From the human T2T-CHM13v2.0 reference genome, Homo sapiens: a DNA stretch of 64,000 nt. This document shows positions 50,690 to 63,700 of the stretch, piece by piece. The translations under genes were made by a program, and so were the position numbers. Location of the stretch: NCBI RefSeq assembly GCF_009914755.1, contig NC_060943.1; one strand, given 5' to 3'. How positions within the stretch are numbered: position 1 is the first letter of the stretch; each line of letters begins with the position of its first letter. The notes under the pieces are model-generated. The model had not been told where the DNA came from. It saw only the letters and a list, made by a program, of their open reading frames with translations, and made no database searches.

Positions 50690-53600
50690 AACTCACAGAG
50701 TTGAATGATCCTTTACACAGAACAGTCTTGAAACACTCTTTTTGTGGAATTTGCAAGTGGAGATTTCAGCCGCTTTGAGGTCAATGGTAGAATAGGAAAT
50801 ATCTTCCTATAGAAACTAGACAGAATGATTCTCAGAAACTCCTTTGTGATGTGTGCGTTCTACTCACAGAGTTTAACCTTTCTTTTCATAGAGCAGTTAG
50901 GAAACACTCTGTTTGTAAAGTCTGCAAGTGGATATTCAGACATCTTTGAGACTTTCGTTGGAAACGGGATTTCATCATATTCTGCTAGACAGAAGAATTC
51001 CCAGAAACTTCGTTGTGTTGTGTGTTTTCAACTCACAGAGTTCAACGATCCTTTACACAGAGTAGACCTGAAACACTCTTTTTGTGGAATTGGCAGGGTG
51101 GAGATTTCAGCCGCTTTGAGGTCAATGGTAGAAAAGGAAATATCTTCGTATAAAAACTAGACAGAGTGATTCTCACAAACTCCTTTGTGATGTCTGCGTT
51201 CAACTCACAGAGTTTAACCTTTCTTTTCATAGAGCAGTTAGGAAACACTCTGTTTGTAAAGTCTGCAAGTGGATATTCAGACATCCTTGAGGCTTTCGTT
51301 GGAAACGGGATTTCTTCATATTCTGCTAGAAAGAAGAATTCTCAGTAACTTCCTTGTGTTGTGTGTATTCAACTCACAGAGTTGAATGATCCTTTACACA
51401 GAACAGTCTTGAAACACTCTTTTTGTGGAATTTGCAAGTGGAGATTTCAGCCGCTTTGAGGTCAATGGTACAATAGGAAATACCTTCCTATAGAAACTAG
51501 ACAGAATGATTCTCAGAAACTCCTTTGTGATGTGTGCGTTCAACTCACAGAGTTTAACCTTTCTTTTCATAGAGCAGTTAGGAAACACTCTGTTTGTAAA
51601 GTCTGCAAGTGGATATTCAGACATCTTTGAGGCTTTCGTTGGAAACGGGATTTGTTCATATTCTGCTAGACAGAAGAATTCTCAGAAACTTCATTGTGTT
51701 GTGTGTTTTCAACTCACAGAGTTCAACGATCCTTTACACAGAGTAGATTTGAAACACTCTTTTTGTGGAATTGGCAGGGTGGAGATTTCAGCCGCTTTGA
51801 GGTCAATGGTAGAAAAGGAAATATCTTCGTATAAAAACTAGACAGAGTGATTCTCAGAAACTCCTTTGGGATGTCTGCGTTCAACTCACAGAGTTTAACC
51901 TTTCTTTTCATAGAGCAGTTAGGAAACACTCTGTTTGTAAAGTCTGCAAGTGCATATTCAGACCTCCTTGAGGCCTTCGTTGGAAACGGGATTTCTTCAT
52001 ATTCTGCTATACAGAAGAATTCTCAGAAACTTCCTTGTGTTGTGTGTATTCAACTCACAGAGTTGAACGATCGTTTACACAGAGCAGACTTGAGAAACTC
52101 TTTTTGTGGAATTTGCAAGTGGAGATTTCAGCTGCTTTGAGGTCAATGGTAGAAAAGGAAATATCTTCATATAAAAACTAGACAGAATGATTCTCAGAAA
52201 CTCCTTTGTGATGTGTGCGTTCAACTCACAGAGTTTAACCTTTCTTTTCATAGAGCAGTTAGGAAACACTCTGTTTGTAAAGTCTGCAAGTGGATATTCA
52301 GACCTCTTTGAGGCCTTCGTTGGAAACGAGATTTCTTCATATTATGCTAGACAGAAGAATTCTCAGTAACTTCCTTGTGTTGTGTGTATTCAACTCACAG
52401 AGTTGAACGATCCTTTACACAGAGCAGACTTGAAACACTCTTTTTGTTGAATTTGCAAGTGGAGATTTCAGCCGCTTTGAGGTCAATGGTAGAAAAGGAA
52501 ATATCTTCGTATAAAAACTAGACAGAATGATTCTCAGAAACTCCTTTGTGATGTGTGCGTTCAACTCACAGAGTTTAACCTTTCTTTTCATAGAGCAGTT
52601 AGGAAACACTCTGTTTGTAAAGTCTGCAAGTGGATATTCAGACCTCCTTGAGGCCTTCATTGGAAACGGGATTTCTTCATATTATGCTAGACACAAGAAT
52701 TCTCAGTAACTTCCTTGTGTTGTGTGTATTCAACTCACAGAGTTGAACGATCCTTTACACAGAGCAGACTTGAAACACTCTTTTTGTGGAATTTGCAAGT
52801 GGAGATTTCAGCCGCTTTGAGGTCAATGGTAGAATAGGAAATATCTTCCTATAGAAACTAGACAGAATGATTCTGAGAAACTCCTTTGTGATGTGTGCGT
52901 TCAACTCACAGAGTTTAACCTTTCTTTTCATAGAGCAGTTAGGAAACACTCTGTTTGTAATGTGTGCAAGTGGATATTCAGACCTCCTTGAGGCCTTCGT
53001 TGGAAACGGGATTTCTTCATATTATGCTAGACACAAGAATTCTCAGTAACTTCCTTGTGTTGTGTGTATTCAACTCACAGAGTTGAACGATCCTTTACAC
53101 AGAGCAGACTTGAAACACTCTTTTTGTGGAATTTGCAGGTGGAGATTTCAGCCGCTTTGTGTTCAATGGTAGAATAGGAAATATCTTCCTATAGAAACTA
53201 GACAGAATGATTCTCAGAAACTCCTTTGTGATGTGTGCGTTCAACTCACAGAGTTCAACCTTTCTTTTCATAGAGCAGTTGGGAAACACTCTGTTTGTAA
53301 AGTCTGCAAGTGGATATTCAGACTTCTTTGAGGCCTTCGTTGGAAGCGGGATTTCTTCATATTCTGCTAGACAGAAGAATTCTCAGTAACTTCCTTGTGT
53401 TGTGTGTATTCAACTCACAGAGTTGAACGATCCTTTACACAGAGCAGACATGAAACACTCTTTTTGTGGAATTTGCAGGTGGAGATTTCAGCCGCTTTGA
53501 GGTCAATGGTAGAATAGGAAATATCTTCCTATAGAAACTAGACAGAATGATTCTCAGAAACTCCTTTGTGATGTGTGCGTTCAACTCACAGAGTTCAACC

Positions 53601-54859
53601 TTTCTTTTCATAGAGCAGTTAGGAAACACTCTGTTTGTAAAGTCTGCAAGTGGATATTCAGACATCCTTGAGGCTTTCGTTGGAAACGGGATTTCTTCAT
53701 ATTCTGCTAGAAAGAAGAATTCTCAGTAACTTCCTTGTGTTGTGTGTATTCAACTCACAGAGTTGAATGATCCTTTACACAAAACAGTCTTGAAACACTC
53801 TTTTTGTGGAATTTGCAAGTGGAGATTTCAGCCGCTTTGAGGTCAATGGTAGAATAGGAAATATCTTCCTATAGAAACTAGACAGAATGATTCTCAGAAA
53901 CTCCTTTGTGATGTGTGCGTTCTACTCACAGAGTTTAACCTTTCTTTTCATAGAGCAGTTAGGAAACACTCTGTTTGTAAAGTCTGCAAGTGGATATTCA
54001 GACATCTTTGAGACTTTCGTTGGAAACGGGATTTCATCATATTCTGCTAGACAGAAGAATTCCCAGAAACTTCGTTGTGTTGTGTGTTTTCAACTCACAG
54101 AGTTCAACGATCCTTTACACAGAGTAGACTTGAAACACTCTTTTTGTGGAATTGGCAGGGTGGAGATTTCAGCCTCTTTGAGGTCAATGGTAGAAAAGGA
54201 AATATCTTCGTATAAAAACTAGACAGAGTGATTCTCAGAAACTCCTTTGTGATGTCTGCGTTCAACTCACAGAGTTTAACCTTTCTTTTCATAGAGCAGT
54301 TAGGAAACACTCTGTTTGTAAAGTCTGCAAGTGGATATTCAGACCTCCTTGAGGCCTTCGTTGGAAACGGGATTTCTTCATATTCTGCTATACAGAAGAA
54401 TTCTCAGAAACTTCCTTGTGTTGTGTGTATTCAACTCACAGAGTTGAACGATCGTTTACACAGAGCAGACTTGAGACACTCTTTTTGTGGAATTTGTAAG
54501 TGGAGATTTCAGCCGCTTTGAGGTCAATGGTAGAAAAGGAAATATCTTCATATAAAAACTAGACAGAATGATTCTCAGAAACTCCTTTGTGATGTGTGCG
54601 TTCAACTCACAGAGTTTAACCTTTCTTTTCATAGAGCAGTTAGGAAACACTCTGTTTGTAAAGTCTGCAAGTGGATATTCAGACCTCTTTGAGGCCTTCG
54701 TTGGAAACGGGATTTCTTCATATTATGCTAGACAGAAGAATTCTCAGTAACTTCCTTGTGTTGTGTGTATTCAACTCACAGAGTTGAACGATCCTTTACA
54801 CAGAGCAGACTTGAAACACTCTTTTTGTGGAATTTGCAAGTGGAGATTTCAGCCGCTTT

Positions 54860-57590
54860 GAGGTCAATGGTAGAAAAGGAAATATCTTCGTATAAAAACT
54901 AGACAGAATGATTCTCAGAAACTCCTTTGTGATGTGTGCGTTCAACTCACAGAGTTTAACCTTTCTTTTCATAGAGCAGTTAGGAAACACTCTGTTTGTA
55001 AAGTCTGCAAGTGGATATTCAGACCTCCTTGAGGCCTTCGTTGGAAACGGGATTTCTTCATATTATGCTAGACACAAGAATTCTCAGTAACTTCCTTGTG
55101 TTGTGTGTATTCAACTCACAGAGTTGAACGATCCTTTACACAGAGCAGACTTGAAACACTCTTTTTGTGGAATTTGCAAGTGGAGATTTCAGCCGCTTTG
55201 AGGTCAATGGTAGAATAGGAAATATCTTCCTATAGAAACTAGACAGAATGATTCTGAGAAACTCCTTTGTGATGTGTGCGTTCAACTCACAGAGTTTAAC
55301 CTTTCTTTTCATAGATCAGTTAGGAAACACTCTGTTTGTAAAGTGTGCAAGTGGATATTCAGACCTCCTTGAGGCCTTCGTTGGAAAGGGGATTTCTTCA
55401 TATTATGCTAGACAGAAGAATTCTCAGTAACTTCCTTGTGTTGTGTGAATTCAACTCACAGAGTTGAACGATCCTTTACACAGAGCAGACTTGAAACACT
55501 CTTTTTGTGGAATTTGCAGGTGGAGATTTCAGCCGCTTTTTGTTCAATGGTAGAATAGGAAATATCTTCCTATAGAAACTAGACAGAATGATTCTCAGAA
55601 ACTCCTTTGTGATGTGTGCGTTCAACTCACAGAGTTCAACCTTTCTTTTCATAGAGCAGTTGGGAAACACTCTGTTTGTAAAGTCTGCAAGTGGATATTC
55701 AGACTTCTTTGAGGCCTTCGTTGGAAGCGGGATTTCTTCATATTCTGCTAGACAGAAGAATTCTCAGTAACTTCCTTGTGTTGTGTGTATTCAACTCACA
55801 GAGTTGAACGATCCTTTACACAGAGCAGACTTGAAACACTCTTTTTGTGGAATTTGCAAGTGGAGATTTCAGCCGCTTTGAGGTCAATGGTAGAATAGGA
55901 AATACCTTCCTATAGAAACTAGACAGAATGATTCTCAGAAACTCCTTTGTGATGTGTGCGTTCAACTCACAGAGTTTAACCTTTCTTTTCATAGAGCAGT
56001 TAGGAAACACTCTGTTTGTAAAGTCTGCAAGTGGATATTCAGACATCTTTGAGGCTTTCGTTGGAAACGGGATTTCTTCATATTCTGCTAGACAGAAGAA
56101 TTCTCAGAAACTTCGTTGTGTTGTGTGTTTTCAACTCACAGAGTTCAACGATCCTTTACACAGAGTAGACTTGAAACACTCTTTTTGTGGAATTGGCAGG
56201 GTGGAGATTTCAGCCGCTTTGAGGTCAATGGTAGAAAAGGAAATATCTTCGTATAAAAACTAGACAGAATGATTCTCAGAAACTCCTTTGTGATGTGTGC
56301 GTTCAACTCACAGAGTTTAACCTTTCTTTTCATAGAGCAGTTAGGAAACACTCTGTTTGTAAAGTCTGCAAGTGGATATTCAGACCTCCTTGAGGCCTTC
56401 GTTGGAAACGGGATTTCTTCATATTATGCTAGACACAAGAATTCTCAGTAACTTCCTTGTGTTGTGTGTATTCAACTCACAGAGTTGAACGATCCTTTAC
56501 ACAGAGCAGACTTGAAACACTCTTTTTGTGGAATTTGCAAGTGGAGATTTCAGCCGCTTTGAGGTCAATGGTAGAATAGGAAATATCTTCCTATAGAAAC
56601 TAGACAGAATGATTCTGAGAAACTCCTTTGTGATGTGTGCGTTCAACTCACAGAGTTTAACCTTTCTTTTCATAGATCAGTTAGGAAACACTCTGTTTGT
56701 AAAGTGTGCAAGTGGATATTCAGACCTCCTTGAGGCCTTCGTTGGAAAGGGGATTTCTTCATATTATGCTAGACAGAAGAATTCTCAGTAACTTCCTTGT
56801 GTTGTGTGAATTCAACTCACAGAGTTGAACGATCCTTTACACAGAGCAGACTTGAAACACTCTTTTTGTGGAATTTGCAGGTGGAGATTTCAGCCGCTTT
56901 TTGTTCAATGGTAGAATAGGAAATATCTTCCTATAGAAACTAGACAGAATGATTCTCAGAAACTCCTTTGTGATGTGTGCGTTCAACTCACAGAGTTCAA
57001 CCTTTCTTTTCATAGAGCAGTTGGGAAACACTCTGTTTGTAAAGTCTGCAAGTGGATATTCAGACTTCTTTGAGGCCTTCGTTGGAAGCGGGATTTCTTC
57101 ATATTCTGCTAGACAGAAGAATTCTCAGTAACTTCCTTGTGTTGTGTGTATTCAACTCACAGAGTTGAACGATCCTTTACACAGAGCAGACTTGAAACAC
57201 TCTTTTTGTGGAATTTGCAAGTGGAGATTTCAGCCGCTTTGAGGTCAATGGTAGAATAGGAAATACCTTCCTATAGAAACTAGACAGAATGATTCTCAGA
57301 AACTCCTTTGTGATGTGTGCGTTCAACTCACAGAGTTTAACCTTTCTTTTCATAGAGCAGTTAGGAAACACTCTGTTTGTAAAGTCTGCAAGTGGATATT
57401 CAGACATCTTTGAGGCTTTCGTTGGAAACGGGATTTCTTCATATTCTGCTAGACAGAAGAATTCTCAGAAACTTCGTTGTGTTGTGTGTTTTCAACTCAC
57501 AGAGTTCAACGATCCTTTACACAGAGTAGACTTGAAACACTCTTTTTGTGGAATTGGCAGGGTGGAGATTTCAGCCGCTTTGAGGTCAAT
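54860..57590 (+). repeat. Tandem duplication, 1361-bp unit (4 dimers); also at ~39.4-41.9 kb and, truncated, at ~45.25-47.4 kb
   Basis: Markers GATCAGTT, AAGGGG, GTGAATTC and TTTTTGTTC repeat at offset 1361 (55248/56609, 39599/40960, 45382/46743). Confidence 0.88.
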
Positions 57591-57779
57591 GGTAGAAAAG
57601 GAAATATCTTCGTATGAAAACTAGACAGAGTGATTCTCAGAAACTCCTTTGGGATGTCTGCGTTCAACTCACAGAGTTTAACCTTTCTTTTCATAGAGCA
57701 GTTAGGAAACACTCTGTTTGTAAAGTCTGCAAGTGGATATTCAGACCTCCTTGAGGCCTTCGTTGGAAACGGGATTTCT

Positions 57780-60700
57780 TCATATTATGCTATACAGAAG
57801 AATTCTCAGAAACTTCCTTGTGTTGTGTGTATTCAACTCACAGAGTTGAACGATCCTTTACACAGAGCAGACTTGAAACACTCTTTTTGTGGAATTTGCA
57901 AGTGGAGATTTCAGCCGCTTTGAGGTCAATGGTAGAAAAGGAAATATCTTCGTATAAAAACTAGACAGAATGATTCTCAGAAACTCCTTTGTGATGTGTG
58001 CGTTCAACTCACAGAGTTTAACCTTTCTTTTCATAGAGCAGTTAGGAAACACTCTGTTTGTAAAGTCTGCAAGTGGATATTCAGACTTCCTTGAGGGTTC
58101 TTTGGAAACGGGATTTCTTCATATTATGCTAGACAGAAGAATTCTCAGTAACTTCCTTGTGTTGTGTGTATTCAACTCACAGAGTTGAACGATCCTTTAC
58201 ACAGAGCAGACTTGAAACACTCTTTTTGTGGAATTTGCAAGTGGAGATTTCAGCCGCTTTGGGTTCAATGGTAGAATAGGAAATATCTTCCTATAGAAAC
58301 TAGACAGAATGATTCTGAGAAACTCCTTTGTGATGTGTGCGTTCAACTCACAGAGTTTAACCTTTCTTTTCATAGAGCAGTTAGGAAACACTCTGTTTGT
58401 AAAGTCTGCAAGTGGATATTCAGACCTCCTTGAGGCCTTCGTTGGAAACGGGATTTCTTCATATTATGCTAGACAGAAGAATTCTCAGTAACTTCCTTGT
58501 GTTGTGTGTATTCAACTCACAGAGTTGAACGATCCTTTACACAGAGCAGACTTGAAACACTCTTTTTGTGGAATTTGCAAGTGGAGATTTCAGCCGCTTT
58601 GTGTTCAATGGTAGAATAGGAAATATCTTCCTATAGAAACTAGACAGAATGATTCTCAGAAACTCCTTTGTGTTGTGTGCGTTCAACTCACAGAGTTCAA
58701 CCTTTCTTTTCATAGAGCAGTTGGGAAACACTCTGTTTGTAAAGTCTGCAAGTGGATATTCAGACTTCTTTGAGGCCTTCGTTGGAAGCGGGATTTCTTC
58801 ATTTTCTGCTAGACAGAAGAATTCTCAGTAAATTCCTTGTGTGTGTGTATTCAACTCACAGAGTTGAACGATCCTTTACACAGAGCAGACTTGAAACACT
58901 CTTTTTGTGGAATTTGCAAGTGGAGATTTCAGCCGCTTTGAGGTCAATGGTAGAATAGGAAATATCTTCCTATAGAAACTAGACAGAATGATTCTCAGAA
59001 ACTCCTTTGTGATGTGTGCGTTCAACTCACAGAGTTTAACCTTTCTTTTCATAGAGCAGTTAGGAAACACTCTGTTTGTAAAGTCTGCAAGTGGATATTC
59101 AGACATCCTTGAGGCTTTCGTTGGAAACGGGATTAATTAATATTCTGCTAGAAAGAAGAATTCTCAGTAACTTCCTTGTGTTGTGTGTATTCAACTCACA
59201 GAGTTGAACGATCCTTTACACAGAGCAGACTTGAAACACTCTTTTTGTGGAATTTGCAAGTGGAGATTTCAGCCGCTCTGAGGTCAATGGTAGAATAGGA
59301 AATATCCTCCTATAGAAACTAGACAGAATGATTCTCAGAAACTCCTTTGTGATGTGTGCGTTCAACTCAAAGAGTTTAACCTTTCTTTTCATAGAGCAGT
59401 TAGGAAACACTCTGTTTGTAAAGTCTGCAAGTGGATATTCAGACATCCTTGAGGCTTTCGTTGGAAACGGGATTTCTTCATATTCTGCTAGAAAGAAGAA
59501 TTCTCAGTAACTTCCTTCTGTTGTGTGTATTCAACTCACAGAGTTGAATGATCCTTTACACAGAACAGTCTTGAAACACTCTTTTTGTGGAATTTGCAAG
59601 TGGAGATTTCAGCCGCTTTGAGGTCAATGGTAGAATAGGAAATATCTTCCTATAGAAACTAGACAGAATGATTCTCAGAAACTCCTTTGTGATGTGTGCG
59701 TTCAACTCACAGAGTTTAACCTTTCTTTTCATAGAGCAGTTAGGAAACACTCTGTTTGTACAGTCTGCAAGTGGATATTCAGACATCTTTGAGGCTTTCG
59801 TTGGAAAAGGGATTTCTTCATATTCTGCTAGACAGAAGAATTCTCAGAAACTTCGTTGTGTTGTGTGTTTTCAACTCACAGAGTTCAACGATCCTTTACA
59901 CAGAGTAGACTTGAAACACTCTTTTTGTGGAATTGGCAGGGTGGAGATTTCAGCCGCTTTGAGGTCAATGGTAGAAAAGGAAATATCTTCGTATAAAAAC
60001 TAGACAGAGTGATTCTCAGAAACTCCTTCGTGATGTCTGCGTTCAACTCACAGAGTTTAACCTTTCTTTTCATAGAGCAGTTAGGAAACACTCTGTTTGT
60101 AAAGTCTGCAAGTGGATATTCAGACCTCCTTGAGGCCTTCGTTGGAAACGGGAATTCTTCATATTCTGCTATACAGAAGAATTCTCAGAAACTTCCTTGT
60201 GTTGTGTGTATTCAACTCACAGAGTTGAACGATCGTTTACACAGAGCAGACTTGAGACACTCTTTTTTGGAATTTGTAAGTGGAGATTTCAGCCGCTTTG
60301 AGGTCAATGGTAGAAAAGGAAATATCTTCACATAAAAACTAGACAGAATGATTCTCAGAAACTCCTTTGTGCTGTGTGCGTTCAACTCACAGAGTTTAAC
60401 CTTTCTTTTCATAGAGCAGTTAGGAAACACTCTGTTTGTTAAGTCTGCAGGTGGATATTCAGACCTCTTTGAGGCCTTCGTTGGAAAGGGGATTTCTTCA
60501 TATTATGCTAGACAGAAGAATTCTCAGTAACTTCCTTGTGTTGTGTGTATTCAACTCACAGAGTTGAACGATCCTTTACACAGAGCAGACTTGAAACACT
60601 CTTTTTGTGGAATTTGCAAGTGGAGATTTCAGCCGCTTTGAGGTCAATGGTAGAAAAGGAAATATCTTCGTATAAAAACTACACAGAATGATTCTCAGAA

Positions 60701-63700
60701 ACTCCTTTGTGATGTGTGCGTTCAACTCACAGAGTTTAACCTTTCTTTTCATAGAGCAGTTAGGAAACACTCTGTTTGTAAAGTCTGCAAGTGGATATTC
60801 AGACCTCCTTGAGGCCTTCGTTGGAAACGGGATTTCTTCATATTATGCTAGACAGAAGAATTGTCAGTAACTTCCTTGTGTTGTGTGTATTCAACTCACA
60901 GAGTTGAACGATCCTTTACACAGAGCAGACTTGAAACACTCTTTTTGTGGAATTTGCAAGTGGAGATTTCAGCCGCTTTGAGTTCAAGGGTAGAATAGGA
61001 AATATCTTCCTATAGAAACTAGACAGAATGATTCTCAGAAACTCCTTTGTGATGTGTGCGTTCAACTCACAGAGTTCAACCTTTCTTTTCATAGAGCAGT
61101 TGGGAAACACTCTGTTTGTAAAGTCTGCAAGTGGATATTCAGAATTCTTTGAGGCCTTCGTTGGAAGCGGGATTTCTTCATATTCTGCTAGGCAGAAGAA
61201 TTCTCAGTAACTTCCTTGTGTTGTGTGTATTCAACTCACAGAATTGAACGATCCTTTACACAGAGCAGACTTGAAACACTCTTTTTGTGGAATTTGCAAG
61301 TGGACATTTCAGCCGATTTGAGGTCAATGGTAGAATAGGAAATATCTTCCTATAGAAACTAGACAGAATGATTCTCAGAAACTCCTTTGTGATGTGTGCA
61401 TTCAACTCACAGAGTTTAACCTTTCTTTTCATAGAGAAGTTAGGAAACACTCTGTTTGTAAAGTCTGCAAGTGGATATTCAGACATCCTTGAGGCTTTCG
61501 TTGGAAACGGGATTTCTTCATATTCTGCTAGAAAGAAGAATTCTCAGTAACTTCCTTGTGTTGTGTGTATTCAACTCACAGAGTTGAATGATCCTTTACA
61601 CAGAACAGTCTTGAAACACTCTTTTTGTGGAATTTGCAAGTGGAGATTTCAGCCGCTTTGAGGTCAATGGTAGAATAGGAAATATCTTCCTATAGAAACT
61701 AGACAGAATGATTCTCAGAAACTCCTTTGTGATGTGTGCGTGCAACTCACAGAGTTTAACCTTTCTTTTCATAGAGCAGTTAGGAAACACTCTGTTTGTA
61801 AAGTCTGCAAGTGGATATTCAGACATCTTTGAGGCTTTCGTTGGAAACGGGATTTTTTCATATTCTGCTAGGCAGAAGAATTCTCAGTAACTTCGTTGTG
61901 TTGTGTGTTTTCAACTCACAGAGTTAAAGGATCATTTACACAGAGTAGACTTGAAACACTCTTTTTGTGGAATTGGCAGGGTGGAGATTTCAGCCGCTTT
62001 GAGGTCAATGGTAGAATAGGAAATATCTTCCTATAGAAACTAGACAGAATGATTCTCAGAAACTCCTTTGTGATGTGTGCGTTCTACTCACAGAGTTTAA
62101 CCTTTCTTTTCATAGAGCAGTTAGGAAACACTCTGTTTGTAAAGTCTGCAAGTGGATATTCAGACATCTTTGAGACTTTCGTTGGAAACGGGATTTCATC
62201 ATATTCTGCTAGACAGAAGAATTCCCAGAAACTTCGTTGTGTTGTGTGTTTTCAACTCACAGAGTTCAACGATCCTTTACACAGAGTAGACTTGAAACAC
62301 TCTTTTTGTGGAAATGGCAGGGTGGAGATTTCAGCCGCTTTGAGGTCAATGGTAGAAAAGGAAATATCTTCGTATAAAAACTAGACAGAGTGATTCTCAG
62401 AAACTCCTTTGTGATGTCTGCGTTCAACTCACAGAGTTTAACCTTTCTTTTCATAGAGCAGTTAGGAAACACTCTGTTTGTAAAGTCTGCAAGTGGATAT
62501 TCAGACCTCTTTGTGGCCTTCGTTGGAAACGGGATTTCTTCATATTATGCTAGACAGAAGAATTCTCAGTAACTTCCTTGTGTTGTGTGTATTCAACTCA
62601 CAGAGTTGAACGATCCTTTACACAGAGCAGACTTGAAACACTCTTTTTGTGGAATTTGCAAGTGGAGATTTCTGCCGCTTTGAGGTCAACGGTAGAAAAG
62701 GAAATATCTTCGTATAAAAACTAGACAGAATGATTCTCAGAAACTCCTTTGTGATGTGTGCGTTCAACTCACAGAGTTTAACCTTTCTTTTCATAGAGCA
62801 GTTAGGAAACACTCTGTTTGTAATGTCTGCAAGTGGATATTCAGACCTCCTTGAGGCCTTCTTTGGAAACGGGATTTCTTCATATTATGCTAGACAGAAG
62901 AATTCTCAGTAACTTCCTTGTGTTGTGTGTATTCAACTCACAGAGTTGAACGATCCTTTACACAGAGCAGACTTGAAACACTCTTTTTGTGGAATTTGCA
63001 AGTGGAGATTTCAGCCGCTTTGAGGTCAATGGTAGAATAGGAAATACCTTCCTATAAAAACTAGACAGAATGATTCTCAGAAACTCCTTTGTGATGTGTG
63101 CGTTCAACTCACAGAGTTTAACCTTTCTTTTCATAGAGCAGTTAGGAAACACTCTGTAAAGTCTGCAAGTGGATATTCAGACCTCCTTGAGGCCTTCGTT
63201 GGAAACGGGATTTCTTCATATTCTGCTATACAGAAGAATTCTCAGAAACTTCCTTGTGTTGTGTGTATTCAACTCACAGAGTTGAACGATCGTTTACACA
63301 GAGCAGACTTGAAACACTCTTTTTGTGGAATTTGTAAGTGGAGATCTCAGCCGCTTTGAGGTCAATGGTAGAAAAGGAAATATCTTCATATAAAAACTAG
63401 ACAGAATGATTCTCAGAAACTCCTTTGTGATGTGTGCGTTCAACTCAGAGTTTAACCTTTCTTTTCATAGAGCAGTTAGGAAACACTCTGTTTGTAAAGT
63501 CTGCAAGTGGATATTCAGACCTCTTTGAGGCCTTCGTTGGAAACGGGATTTCTTCATATTATGCTAGACAGAAGAATTCTCAGTAACTTCCTTGTGTTGT
63601 GTGTATTCAACTCACAGAGTTGAACGATCCTTTACACAGAGTAGACTAGAAACACTCTTTTTGTGGAATTTGCAAGTGGAGATTTCAGCCGCTTTGAGGT

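Larger units (their letters stand above)
25900..57780 (+). repeat. Haplotype domain B of the array
   Basis: Recurrent markers AATACCTT, GGGATGTC, GACACAAG, TTTGCAGGTG, TTCTACTC/GAGACTTT/TTCCCAG and GTGTGCAAG are found here and were not seen before 25.9 kb. Confidence 0.8.
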
